DNA of 64,000 nucleotides. Source: Neophaeotheca triangularis. Taxonomy: Eukaryota. The DNA is taken from assembly GCA_054600435.1 (NCBI GenBank), contig BAAIJX010000039.1, positions 1 through 64,000 of the forward strand. Reading direction: 5' to 3'. The position numbers and the translations under genes were made by a program. Positions 24,625 to 35,682 of the stretch are shown piece after piece. How positions within the stretch are numbered: position 1 is the stretch's first letter; each line of letters opens with the position of its first letter. Under the pieces are notes generated by a model that did no database searches, was not told the DNA's origin, and worked only from the letters and a program-made list of their open reading frames with translations.

Positions 24625-25859
24625 GGTGATGTCGCTTTGGTCTGCGGTTTGTGGTGAATTGCTATAGCTGGGGCGAGGCGCGAACGCTCTCCTGTAGCTG
24701 GGCGACAACATGGCGGCGTTTAGTTGAAGACGTCTTGCCGCGTGGGATGGTAGAAGAAGATGCCCGTTTGCGCTTCCTACCTTTGGAATGGACGGAGTGG
24801 TCTCCTCTCAAGGCTGGGAGTCTAGATGTACCGACGTGTTATCAGAAACTCGAGCAAACAATCGAAAGAGCTGAAGACGTTTCGCTGCGATGAGGAGCAT
24901 TAGGTTGCTTGGATTATTAGGTTAGGTAGGTAAAGGTGAGGTCACTTCGGGAAGTCGCGCCAAGCCACACGAACGAAGTCAAGCAGCCCCTTGATGGACC
25001 TGGAAGAGTACACACTACCAAAATAAGAAAGCCACCTTACGCCGCCCAAAACAATGCGTCCCACCTTAGAGAGCAGAACCATGTGACACGTAAACGTCTT
25101 TCAGATATCTAGATTACAGAGAAACCCTCAACGCCCAGCTGAATGACCCATGATGTTACAAGCCGTGCCGTCAAAACACTTCGCAAAAAGACAACGTATG
25201 CCAACGCCATGCTTTTTATGAATCCACCACCGATCGAGTAAAACCCGTGCCGTGTCAACCCATCGTGAAACACCCTCGTAGCTCAGCAACTAGCATTCGT
25301 AAGTCTCGCAGAGAACAGATTCCGCGCTCCCAAGTATCCACAAGCCTCTGTCCTTTTCTCTTTCCTCAACACCGGGAAAACGATGCTTTTTCCGTCGGGC
25401 AAACAAAGTGCACAATCTGCTGGGGTATTTGGGGTATATTATGTGAAGCAATCAAGCAAACAAGCGCGTCGAGTTGCATCGAAGTGGGAACAGAGTGTGA
25501 AGCCGCTCGCAGCCGAAAAGTGCCGTAACCGCCATGTGAAAGATAAACGCAATGTCCGATGTATTTGCTCCCGCCGTCATGTCTGCGCCCCAATGAGGCT
25601 CTGAGGCCTGAGTCCATTGCCCATCAACTGCCGGGTAGCGTCGTGGTCATCGCGCGAGTCGTGATCGTAGAAGAGGCAAGGGGCACTCTTAGCCAAGGCT
25701 CAGTCGTCCGCAGGTGGCGAAGGCGGGAATGGCTTGTACCTTTGCGGGTATGTGGCGTGAGTAGTCCCACCGCTAGAAAGAAAAACCTTATTGTTAGCAT
25801 GCTCGTGGTCTAGGCCTTCGGCGGAAATTCCGCCGGTTTTGTCCTGAATTGTGTTCCTA

Positions 25860-27245
25860 CTAAGGCATCAGGCTGGGCTGGTGGTGACCGTAACTCGTCG
25901 TCATGGCAGCTGGCTCGGCTTGATCGCTCAGTGCGAGGAGCAGCTGCGCGAGGCACCGCTTGGTTGCGGCATCGTCGCGGAGGACGGGGGAGAAAGTCGC
26001 ATCGCGAAGAGGCTCGGGTAGGCACTGGCGGAGGGCTTCCCGCGCGCGAGCGTTGTCGGATAGGCTGGTGTAGAATGTGAGCAAGGACCTAGTAAGGAAG
26101 ACTTGTAGGGATGCTTACCGTAAGAAGCAGCGAACGACGTGCTTGAGAAGGCGCACCGTCTGCTGATCCACAAGCTGCGTGACCATGTTGCTGAGTACAG
26201 TACCGACGGCGTAGAAGCGCTCGTAAGTCTGGCAAATGTACTGCAAGCCCATGTCATCGAGGAGGATCTTTTGCACAATGAAGATCGCAACTGTCTTGCT
26301 GAGCTCCGAACCAGTCTCCATGATACGCAGACAAAGCGGGATGATCTCGGTAGTGAGGAGAAAATTGATGACTTCGCTGCTGTCGTTCTTGACGAGCGCT
26401 CCAATGACTCCAAGAGAGGTCAAGCGCAGGTATTCAAAAGGACGCGATTTGGAGGTCGTGTTAAGGAAAGGATATAGGAAGAGCGGAATGTGAGCCCCGA
26501 GGAACAGGCCACGAGTCTCCGGGTGCGATGCGACGCATTGAAGCAGAGCGAGGGCGTTGCAAACACGGTTGCTAGCGGCGGCCGTGAGCTGCGAAGGGTT
26601 GAGGAGAGGGTACACCGAAATGATCTCCTGGAGGAGAGAGGTCATGACGCCTGGACTCCCTATTAGCACACCGCGACATTATACAAAGATCCGCGTTCTT
26701 CCCACGTCAAACCTACCGAACGAATGCCACAAGATCAGAGCCAGCTCCTGCACCTGCTCACGCTTCTTGCTGAGCTCCAAGAGCGCACTCTCCCGCGTGT
26801 TCGCATTGAGAGTCTGCGCAATCCAATCCAGTACCTTCCTGTTGTCCTCGCTCATGTTGTCGCGGTCCCCATTGCCGGCACCCGGTAGCCCACCAGCACC
26901 AGCGCCCACGTCTCTCTGCCCACCGAAACCCTGCGCGTGCTCAGCATCCCGGCCCATATCTCTGCCACCGAAGCCCTGCCCGCCTAGGTCCCTTCCGCCT
27001 GCCAGGCCCTGAGCACCGCCCAGACCGCGCGCGTCTCCGAGTCCTTGATTGAATCCGTTGTTGCCGCCAGGCCCTCCACCGCGACCGTAGAGGTTCTGCT
27101 GGTTCACTGCGGCGGCTTGCGCAGCAGCAGCAGCCTGAGCTTGAGCGTTGGGGTAGTTGTGCGCCTGCTGCTGGTGTGGGAGGTTGTGTGACTGCCAATC
27201 AGAGACTCCAGGCTGGTGATACTGGTGGGTGAAGGCATGTTGCAT
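25860..27245 (-). CDS. CAF40: CCR4-NOT subunit Caf40/Rcd1/CNOT9
   Basis: [52 protein letters not shown] and [16 protein letters not shown]. Introns 26651-26716 and 26065-26118. Confidence 0.95.
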
Positions 27246-27746
27246 GATGGCGGTGATTTGCTCGCGATGAGCTGGCAGGCTTGGTGTGGGTGTTGCCAAT
27301 GACGTGGATGTGTAGTGGTAGAAAAAATGATACCTTGAGAAGTGGTTGAGGTCGCCGTAGTAGTTGATGTGAGCAAGAGGAGGAGTTCAGACTGAGGGAA
27401 GCGTTGATAGCGGGCGCGAAGGTGGTGGTAAGTTGCAGCAGGAGCTCGACCGTGAAATGGCGGGTTAGGTACCGATTGCGGAAGTACCCGCATCTTAGTC
27501 GAAGCTTCTTTGCACTGACAGTTGCTGAGTGGCTACTTCTCTCGGCGCGCTAAAGAACGGACGGGTTTTGACCCAACTAACACTCTGCCCTTACACAAAC
27601 ATTCACTGCCTGGCCTTGGCTGCATATAGGTGAATAGACAACGGCATGTTCGAGCCCGAGACAGTGTTCATTCTCTAAAGCAGCGAAACGTAGCTATGTT
27701 ACATCTCTCGCATGCACATCCGGAGCAAGCACACCGCTTTAGGTCT

Positions 27747-30638
27747 TCAATACTCAAACTCGTCATCCACGCTCGGCCCTTTGCCCTTCCCAACGGCCTC
27801 TTGCTTTCTATACATTTCCGCAACCTGCCTACTCGTGGTCGCTTCATCGGGCTTCTTGTCGTCCCTGACCCTCAACAACCGCGGGAACCTCAAACTCACA
27901 CCCTTGCCGAACTCACCATGTGCAGCTCTGTACTTAGGGCTCAAGGTCAAATCAGCAGTCTTGACCTCCCACACGAACCGCGGCTCGAACCACACATCCG
28001 GCTGTTCGTTCTTCGCCGGGGAGTGGTCGTAGAAGGGCTTGGCGCGGTCGATGGTGATGGGTGAAAGGTCGTTGTAGAGAGTCTCAAGCAATTCTTCGCT
28101 AAAGCCTGTGCCGATCTTGGAAATGAACTCGTAATTTTCGGTTGTAGGGTTGTAGCACGCAAGGCAGAAAGCGCCATAGACGGAGGTGCGTTTGCCTTTG
28201 CCGTAGTAAGCACCGAGAACCACGAGATCAAGTGAGTCTCCGGCGCCGCTGAGGTAATCTTTCTTGACTTTCAGCCAGTTCTGGGACCGACGCGAAGGTT
28301 CGTAGTGAGATTCGACCCCGTCAAGCATCTTCACCATGAGACCTTCACACGATGCCGAGATGGACTGATCAAGCAAAACCTGAATCTCCTCAATGTCCTT
28401 GGAGTTGCCGAACTGGGCGAAACTGAACTCACCCTCAATTTCTTCAAAGGCTTCGTGCAAGAGGCCTCGGCGTTCCCGGAACGGCTTGTTGACGAGAGCG
28501 TCACCATTCAGGAAGAGCAGATCAAAAGCGAAGACGCAGACCTTGACTTTGATATCCTCAACCTTCACGTCCTTCTTTTTGCGAGTCATCAGCTGCTGAA
28601 ACGGGAGCACTGTCTTCTTCTCCACATCCCAAGCCACAGTTTCGCAGTCAAGGACGAAGCTCTTCGTGCCTTGCTTGACCCACGTAGGCAGCTTGCCGAG
28701 AATGTCAGGGTACTTCTTGCTGAGATCCTCCGAGTTGCGTGAGAAAATATTGGAAATACCCCTTTCAGTCTTTCCAGCTTGAGGCGCAACGGTGGCAGCA
28801 AAGTCCTGCTTGGCGTCGTGTGCAACGAAATGGATCTGAGCTCGTTCGCCGTCGTACTTGTATTCGCAAGTAAAGTCTTTGCCTGTGAAACGGTCGAGGA
28901 CCTCGGTGATTGATTTTGTGGGTTTCGCCAACATGGGCTTGAGAGGAACGCCGGGTTGTAACTTGCACTCGTCGCGGAGCTTCCAGATGCCTCCCTTGAG
29001 TAAAGCAGGGATGATGACTTCGTAAGCCGGCAATTCGTTGTAAACGGATTTGAATGTCTCCTCGCCTTTCTTTAATTCATCATCACTCGGCACCTTCCTC
29101 CCATCCACCGAAGCGCCGTGCGCAACCATAGCATGAGCCAGCGACACCTGAACGGACTTGTCTGCCAATCCAAGTCTCATCTTACCTTCCAGCGCTCGAA
29201 TGATGAATTTAGCCTCGCTCGGGCCGCCCTTGTTGACATCGATGTCAATGCCTTGACCCTTGGCGAGATTGGTGTCTGCTGCAGAAAGTAGCTTCTTGAT
29301 GCCATCAACCTTGCGCCCTTGTCCGCCCTGACCCTCTACGCTAGCGATCTTGAGGAGACTCTCGTGAACGCCGCGGACAGTCAAGGGCTTAGGCTTGAAC
29401 ATGGTAGGCTGGTTTTGCCGGCTTTTGGCTGCAACAAGCCCGAGGTCGCCGATCTTGCGCTGATCTTCCTTGATTATCGCAAGGCTGCGGCCGGTGGAAT
29501 CGCCGATGGCTTTCATGATGAGTGACTCGCCGATGCCCAGCTCGATACCAGAGTAATCTGCCGCAAGCTTTCCTATCATCAGAAGAACAGTGGGAAGGAG
29601 ATCGTTGGGTGTCAACCGCAGAACTTGTCGCATGAACAAAGAGCAGTGAGCCATTATCTCAAGGCGCTTGGTGGTCATCTCGATCTTGGAGAAGGTGGTA
29701 CATAGCGCAGCATACGGCACAGGCTCACCAGCTTTCCAGTCTGGGTAAGGATCCTTGCCTGACGCTTTGAGGGTGCTCTGTACCTTCTCGCGAGCTTTGG
29801 CGGCCGCTTCAGGTTGCTCGTCTTCGCTGTCTTCCGGCTCGCTCTCGCTGCCTTCGTTGCTGTAAGTCGCTTTGCCCTCGTCAGCAGCGTTCGTGACATC
29901 GTCGGTGTGGTTTGTAGCTGCTGTGTGGCTCCGCATCGTTCCCTCCTCGTCCTCCTCTTTACTTCCGGTTTGTTTAGCCTTCTTACGGGCAGGTTCCGGA
30001 CTGGCCTTGGCTTCGACCTTTGGCTTACGCTTCGGACTCTTTGATTTGGCTGCGACTTCGTCCTCGTCTTCGTTGGGTGGCGTGGCGGACCGCTCAACCT
30101 TGCGTGATGACACCTTCATAGCCACTCCCTTCTTGGCAGTGCCATTTGCGCCGGGTTTCTGTCTTTGCTTCTTCGTTGGAGGCTCCTCTGCATCTTCATC
30201 CTCGGCCGGTGAATCAGCTGGCTCGGTAGAAGCAGGTCTCTTCTTCGCGCCGCTAGACATGGGCTCCTGCTTCACGGTTCCTTCCTCCTTGGCATCCTCC
30301 TCTTTCACCGGGGGCGATGCGTCCTCCATCTTCACATCGGCGTCATTCTCGTGCTTGGTGGCACCGTTGGTATCGTTCTCAGCAGTGGCGCCGGAGGTTA
30401 CTTCATCGTCGACATCCTCTTTCTTGGGTGCCCTTTTCGAAGACTTTGAGGAGAAGGACAGCTTGGATTGCTGACCCTCTGGTTTCGATCCACTAGGTTT
30501 GCCGAAGAAGTTCCTAACGAGAAAGTCAGTCCTGAACTGCAGATTTATTAAAGCAGATCACTGATGGTAATCGCACCCTAACGTCCGCTGAGAAGACTTG
30601 ACATACCCCAATGTCGCCTGTTGCGGTTTCGGAGCCAT
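27747..30638 (-). CDS. CDC9: ATP-dependent DNA ligase I
   Basis: EYKYDGERAQ (adenylation Lys), CEGLMVK, WLKVKKDYL, SLRFPR. The N-terminal PIP box is assembled across an intron ending at 30514. Confidence 0.96.
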
Positions 30639-30913
30639 TCTGACGAGACCAAAGCCCCGGCGACAAGCTCGTAGAGCTTTCGGCGCCTTGCAGAGATTAG
30701 AAGCTTGTCTTTGGAGAGGATGTTGGTTGCCGTTCGGGAGTGTGGTCAGGTATCGTAGCACTCGAAAAGGTTTATCTATGAGTTGGCGGGATGATCGAGG
30801 TAGCGGAGGAAGAAAGTGCAGCATGCCACTCTACCAGATTCGGGAGAAGCAATCGGACGAGTGTGAAAGTGGTGGTGGTGGTGGTGGTAGTAGGTAGGCA
30901 ACCAACCAATTAA

Positions 30914-30950
30914 AGTCGCGTCTTGACGCGCGACAGGCAGAAACGCGACG
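30914..30950. promoter_or_regulatory. MCB-like (ACGCG) cluster in the CDC9/MIX23 divergent promoter
   Basis: agtcgcgtcttgacgcgcgac...aaacgcgacg contains three CGCG cores. CDC9 is an established MBF target in yeasts. Confidence 0.55.
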
Positions 30951-31228
30951 TCCCAGATGCAATGACGTCGGACATTTCGACTCTGAAGCTCCGACGTCGA
31001 TCAACGTCCCAGGGTCAACTCCGCTCATAAATGAAAGTGCACACCAAAAGACAAGGTAAACATCAAACCGACATTGAATTCCTCGTCCACAATCAATCGT
31101 CCACTGGTACTGCTCTGAGCACCATCGACTGAATAATCCTGGCGATCTTGTTCTGGAAGCGACAGCAACCTCCCTCCCCGCCACCCTCCCCCCCATCCTC
31201 CATCGCATCGTCTCCAAAAGCGCCCACC

Positions 31229-31901
31229 ATGTCTCGCACCCCAGACGAGCCCCGACTCACCCCCCAATTCTGCTTCAACCAAACCGCGCTCCGAGGTAAA
31301 CAGAACCAACCCCCTCCACCACCTTCACCACCACCACGAAAGCTCACAAGCTCATAGTCCCCCAACAACAGACTTCCTCCGCCTCTCACGAACAGCCGTC
31401 GACGACACAATCTCGCAAAACCTAAACGCGCTCGTGACACCCGCTTCGACGCCCTTTGACCCTTCGTCCACGACGTCGCGCCAACCGAGACCCATAGGGA
31501 GCCGAAGCCCCATCGACCCGACAGCATGCGAGACCTTCAAATCCCGCGTCCTCTTCCCGAGCTGGCAGAGCCGCTCCGACGTCCTGAACTATTGCGCCGG
31601 CGTCGCCACTTCCCCCGACCCAGAGGACCCGGACCATGTGCTCAGGCAGGTTGAGGACAGTCGCGCGAGGGAGAGGGTGGTGAATGAGAGGTTGGATCCA
31701 TATAGCGCTAGGTATTTCCCTAGGGATACGCGGACGGAGGCGTTGGCGGGGCTGGTACGGAATGAGAGGATGGTGGAGGGGATCATTAGAGCGAGGACTT
31801 GGGGTTTAGTGGGGGAGAGGTGCGAGAATGATGGGAGCGGGTTTGAGGAGGCTTTAGATGCGTGGCGGAAGCGTAGAGGAGGCGAGGGAAAGGGGGAGTA
31901 G
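31229..31901 (+). CDS. MIX23: Mix23/Cid2/CCDC58 mitochondrial intermembrane-space protein
   Basis: LTPQFCFNQTALR|DFLRLSR..DDTISQNLN (intron 31296-31371), LFPSWQSRSDVLNYC, ERLDPYSAR, VEGIIRARTW..ERC. Confidence 0.85.
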
Positions 31902-32419
31902 TGAGGTAGTGGCGATGCTGTTTGGGTAGCGTTCGGAGCGAGCATGTACTGTATAAACACCGCTTACAATGCTGATGTCGGAGCGAGCAACACGGAACGT
32001 CTGGGGTTTTTTTTATAAACGGTCAAATTACCCGCCGAGATCTATGCTGGCGATAGGGTGATACTAATCCGAACGGCTTCGATGTCACCTCACCACATCC
32101 GTCGCGCGACTGCAAGCCTTGCGAGGTCGCTAAAGATGGAATGGCAAGGGGGAGACAAGAGGGATGACCATGGGTGCAGTTCTGGGTTTAAAAAGCGAAG
32201 GTCTCTTCCCTTACTTCCAACCCTCGTCTTCCTAGACTATAACGGGCGATCCGCTTCCTCGCCATCCAAAAGGCCAAACAGCAGTCTCCCTTCTGTTTCT
32301 CTCACCTCGCCAGACCAAAATGCAACGTACGCGATGCCTCACACACCTTCCCTTCATTCGTCACCAACAATCCAAGCCCACCTACCGCACACCACACCAC
32401 ACCAGCCCATCCCCGCCCC

Positions 32420-33166
32420 TCACCCCCTAGTACCCCCCAAACTACTCCCCCAATCCAAACACCCCCACTTCCCCCCCGCACCCCTCGACTGCACATGCAA
32501 CCTCACGTCCCCAACCCGATAAGAGCAAACATTACAAAACCGCTGCCCGCTTGCCTCATCGAAACCGGGCGCCACAGGCCCCGAGTTCTTCCTCTGTCGG
32601 CGGTGCGTTTTGCCAGCGCCAGCGGGTCGGCCTTTACGGCGGGCGTTGCGGCCGATGCGGTCCGGCCAGGCGGCTGTTTGGCGTGGGGGGTTGAAGGTGT
32701 AGGCGGGTGTGTTGGTGGCTGGGTAGATTGGGGGGTGGAGGGGGCCGCTGGAAGATTGGGCTCCGAAGGTTGGGGGTTGGCTGAAACCTGGGGGACAAGT
32801 TGGGGTTGTTTGGTAGCGCGTTGCTGGACGTGGTGGTGGGGGCATTAGCTGGCTTGGGCCTGCTTGGGCCGAGTCGACTTGGTGGAGCTCGGGCATAAAG
32901 GGGACAGGAGGCTCGAGGAGAGCATCTGCCGGTGCTTGCGTTGCGTACGAGTTCTGCCGGTGGGTCGCGGCTGGCCCGAGGTCTTCTTGTACAACGTGGT
33001 TATCGAGCCATGACGGCGCGGCGCCCACCGAGCCGACAGTGGGATGCTCGGCAGTCGCTGCGAACAAGTCCCTTAGGAAATCCTCGACAGGTTCCGTCGT
33101 GGGATACAGATTCGGGCGACGCTCCAGGGCATGATCCCTCGCATGCTCAAAAGCCTGGTTCACCAA
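32420..33166 (-). CDS. Possible hypothetical protein (Pro-rich, basic patch, CxxC..H..C at the end)
   Basis: A 248-codon ORF with no ATG at its 5' end and no family I recognise. Confidence 0.3.
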   Translation of the reverse strand: MVNQAFEHARDHALERRPNLYPTTEPVEDFLRDLFAATAEHPTVGSVGAAPSWLDNHVVQEDLGPAATHRQNSYATQAPADALLEPPVPFMPELHQVDSAQAGPSQLMPPPPRPATRYQTTPTCPPGFSQPPTFGAQSSSGPLHPPIYPATNTPAYTFNPPRQTAAWPDRIGRNARRKGRPAGAGKTHRRQRKNSGPVAPGFDEASGQRFCNVCSYRVGDVRLHVQSRGAGGKWGCLDWGSSLGGTRG

Positions 33167-33266
33167 AGGGTGTTGATCGTATAAAGGGCGAGCGCGCGCT
33201 TTCTAAGCGTATCGAGGCAAACCGCTGACGATCGCATCCGGTGCCTAGCAAGAAACATTTAGCATC

Positions 33267-35682
33267 TCACGTATTTGATTGCCAAGTAGCGTGAGGCGGT
33301 ACTGCATTCTCTTCGTCCAGCGTATCCGGCACTGAAGGTCCTCCATACCCCTGCCATCCTGCAAATTGCTGGGTAGGTGCCGCGTAAGCCGATGGGTTGG
33401 GGTAAGGTTGCGCATGGCTGTTGATATCGAACTGCTGTGGGGTAACAAAGTACTGCGAAGGTGGCTGCGACTGGGGCATGGTGGCTTGAGTGAAGCTGTA
33501 CTGAGGCTGCTGGAACACAGTCTGGGTCTGGGTCTGATACTGCGGTGAGCTGCCGTGGCGTCCGTCACTGCTCTCTCCATAACTAGACGAGTGATTTAGC
33601 AAAGGCGGAGTTGGCTGGTAAACAGATTGGCCAGCAGCGCTATTGTGGGCAGATCGCTGGTACAGGCTCACGTTGCTACTACTAATCGAGCCAGCTGAGC
33701 TGTGATGCCACATGCTTGGTCTTCGCTGGCCCATATCCTGGAGTTCTCTTCGCCGGAGATGAAGGTTTTCGAGCATGGGCTCAATTTCTTTTTGAAAGCG
33801 TTGATTCCAGCTGCTCTATGTTAGTAATGCGCAACATAATAGGTTGAGTCAGTACGTACCTCATGTAGCCCCATCTAATGCCGAACCGAGCCAAGCAGTC
33901 CGTAGTCTGCTTGAGACATCGTATGCTTCTGTTGGTGTTGAAGTGCTGCACAGTCTCCCCTGGAGGAAGGGGGATATTTGGCATTTGAGGCGGTGGCGCT
34001 GTTGACGGTAGCACTTCCGGGAGCGGAGGCACCTGCCCGTTCAAGAGCCCATCAGCGTTGTGGTTGAGAACGTCGAGGAATTGACGACCGGTCATGTACA
34101 CCCTCATAGCGTCGTAAAACGTGAAAGGCGCATTGTACCCTGGATCATCCATGAGTTGCGACATCAGACTAGCATAGCGCATGCAATGCTCGAAGATCAG
34201 GGTCTGAGCGAAAGGCGTGATGATTGGCACGCGTGGTGAAGGTGAAAGTACGTAGATGTAAGAATACAGCAGGTCGAGCTCAAAGAACGCCCGCATGCTG
34301 TCGCTCGTAGATGACGACAGGTTCTCAAACCATTGACGCATCTCGTCACATGTATTCCAAATGTAAGGATAAGGCTCGCTCCATGCCTGCCGCCCTGATT
34401 GGAAGAGGTCGGTATACCACTTGGATTGTATTTGACGCAGACCGACAAGGTCAAGCGCGTGTCCGCTAGACTGTAGCCAGATTGATTGGCCGTTCGGCGC
34501 TGGAGAAGAGGGTGCGGATGTCGGTGCCCTTGTGAATGGAATCTTGACTTGAGCGCTGTCATCCGAAAACGAAAATGCGCGTGTCTGCACCAGGGAGGTA
34601 GATCTGTCCAGAGCATACACACAGTAGAATACGCGACGCCTGAGCTCAAGGTGCCCTTTCGACATGTGGGCACCCTTGGGAGGGTCGTGATGAAGACCCA
34701 AATCTACCATTGCCCGCGAAGCTGCACCTATGAGACTCCACGAATCGAAATGATGAGGATCCAGCATAGCGTATTCAGTCAGCAACAGAAGTGCCTGTAC
34801 ACTAGATATAGAACCTGGATGGAGTACGGCTTCAGCGTACTCCAGAGCTGCTCCGACATGGCCAATGCCTTCGAGGTAATGTTGGTCGCCACGTTGATCG
34901 GACATTGATGCGCTGCCAATAGCGAGTACCATGCGTACTATCCAATGGTCCTGCGCCTCTACCAGCTGAGCGGCAGGGTTCCTCGAATAGACTTTGTCCA
35001 CTGAGGCGAAAAAGCTGGCTTCATCGAAACAGGGTAGCAACGAGAATGCATTGCTAAAGTAGTGCTGGATCAGTGGCGTTGCTGCATATCGAGGCGGAAG
35101 CGCCTTTGTCGTTCCCTGGGGAAGGGGGTCTTTTGAACATGCTGCAAAGATGAGTTTGGCGTAAGTCATAGCGCTAGTAAAGCCATAAAAGTCTCGTGCG
35201 GTGGCATTTACTGAAAGAAACCCGAAGTCGGACACAAGGTCATCAATGGCTGTTGCTTCGGTTCTTCGCTCTTTCCTCGTAGTCACTGGCGTCGGGGGTT
35301 CAGTGACCTGATAGGATGGCCTTCTTGATGGTGGCGCAGTTTCATCGTCATGCATCGAAATGACGGAAGGCTTGCGAGCCCTGGCTAATTCGAGTTTTTC
35401 CTGAAGACGGTCGATGCGGGTTTCTAGCGTAGACACATAGCTGCGCTCTTTCCCTCGCGCAAACTGATCGTTGGTGCTGGTGCATTCAGCGGCCCTGCCG
35501 TTCTTCTCGCAAGAGGAGCAAGCCTGTCGCAGTCAGCAACAGTACATCTAGTCTAGACACGACCAGGCTCAGGATTCAGACCATACCGGAAGCTTGCCAT
35601 CGCATTTGATCTTTGCGTTTCTACACCGACTGCAGGCCGCTACGGGCCGCGATACCTTCAGTATCGGCGTTTCTAGAGGCAT
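33267..35682 (-). CDS. Zn(II)2Cys6 transcription factor with Fungal_trans domain (Ppr1/Stb5-like group)
   Basis: ACSRCRNAKIKCDGKLP|ACSSCEKNGRAAEC (intron 35524-35586), ELRRRVFYCVYALDR, intron 33811-33859. The likely start is ATG 35682 after a 5'UTR intron at about 35709-35931; ATG 35760 is an alternative. Confidence 0.88.

Noticed and set aside
30577..30606. Stwintron (nested intron) in CDC9
   Set aside because: The internal GT..AG segment is about 29 nt with no branch site, too short to splice. Alternative donors explain it better.
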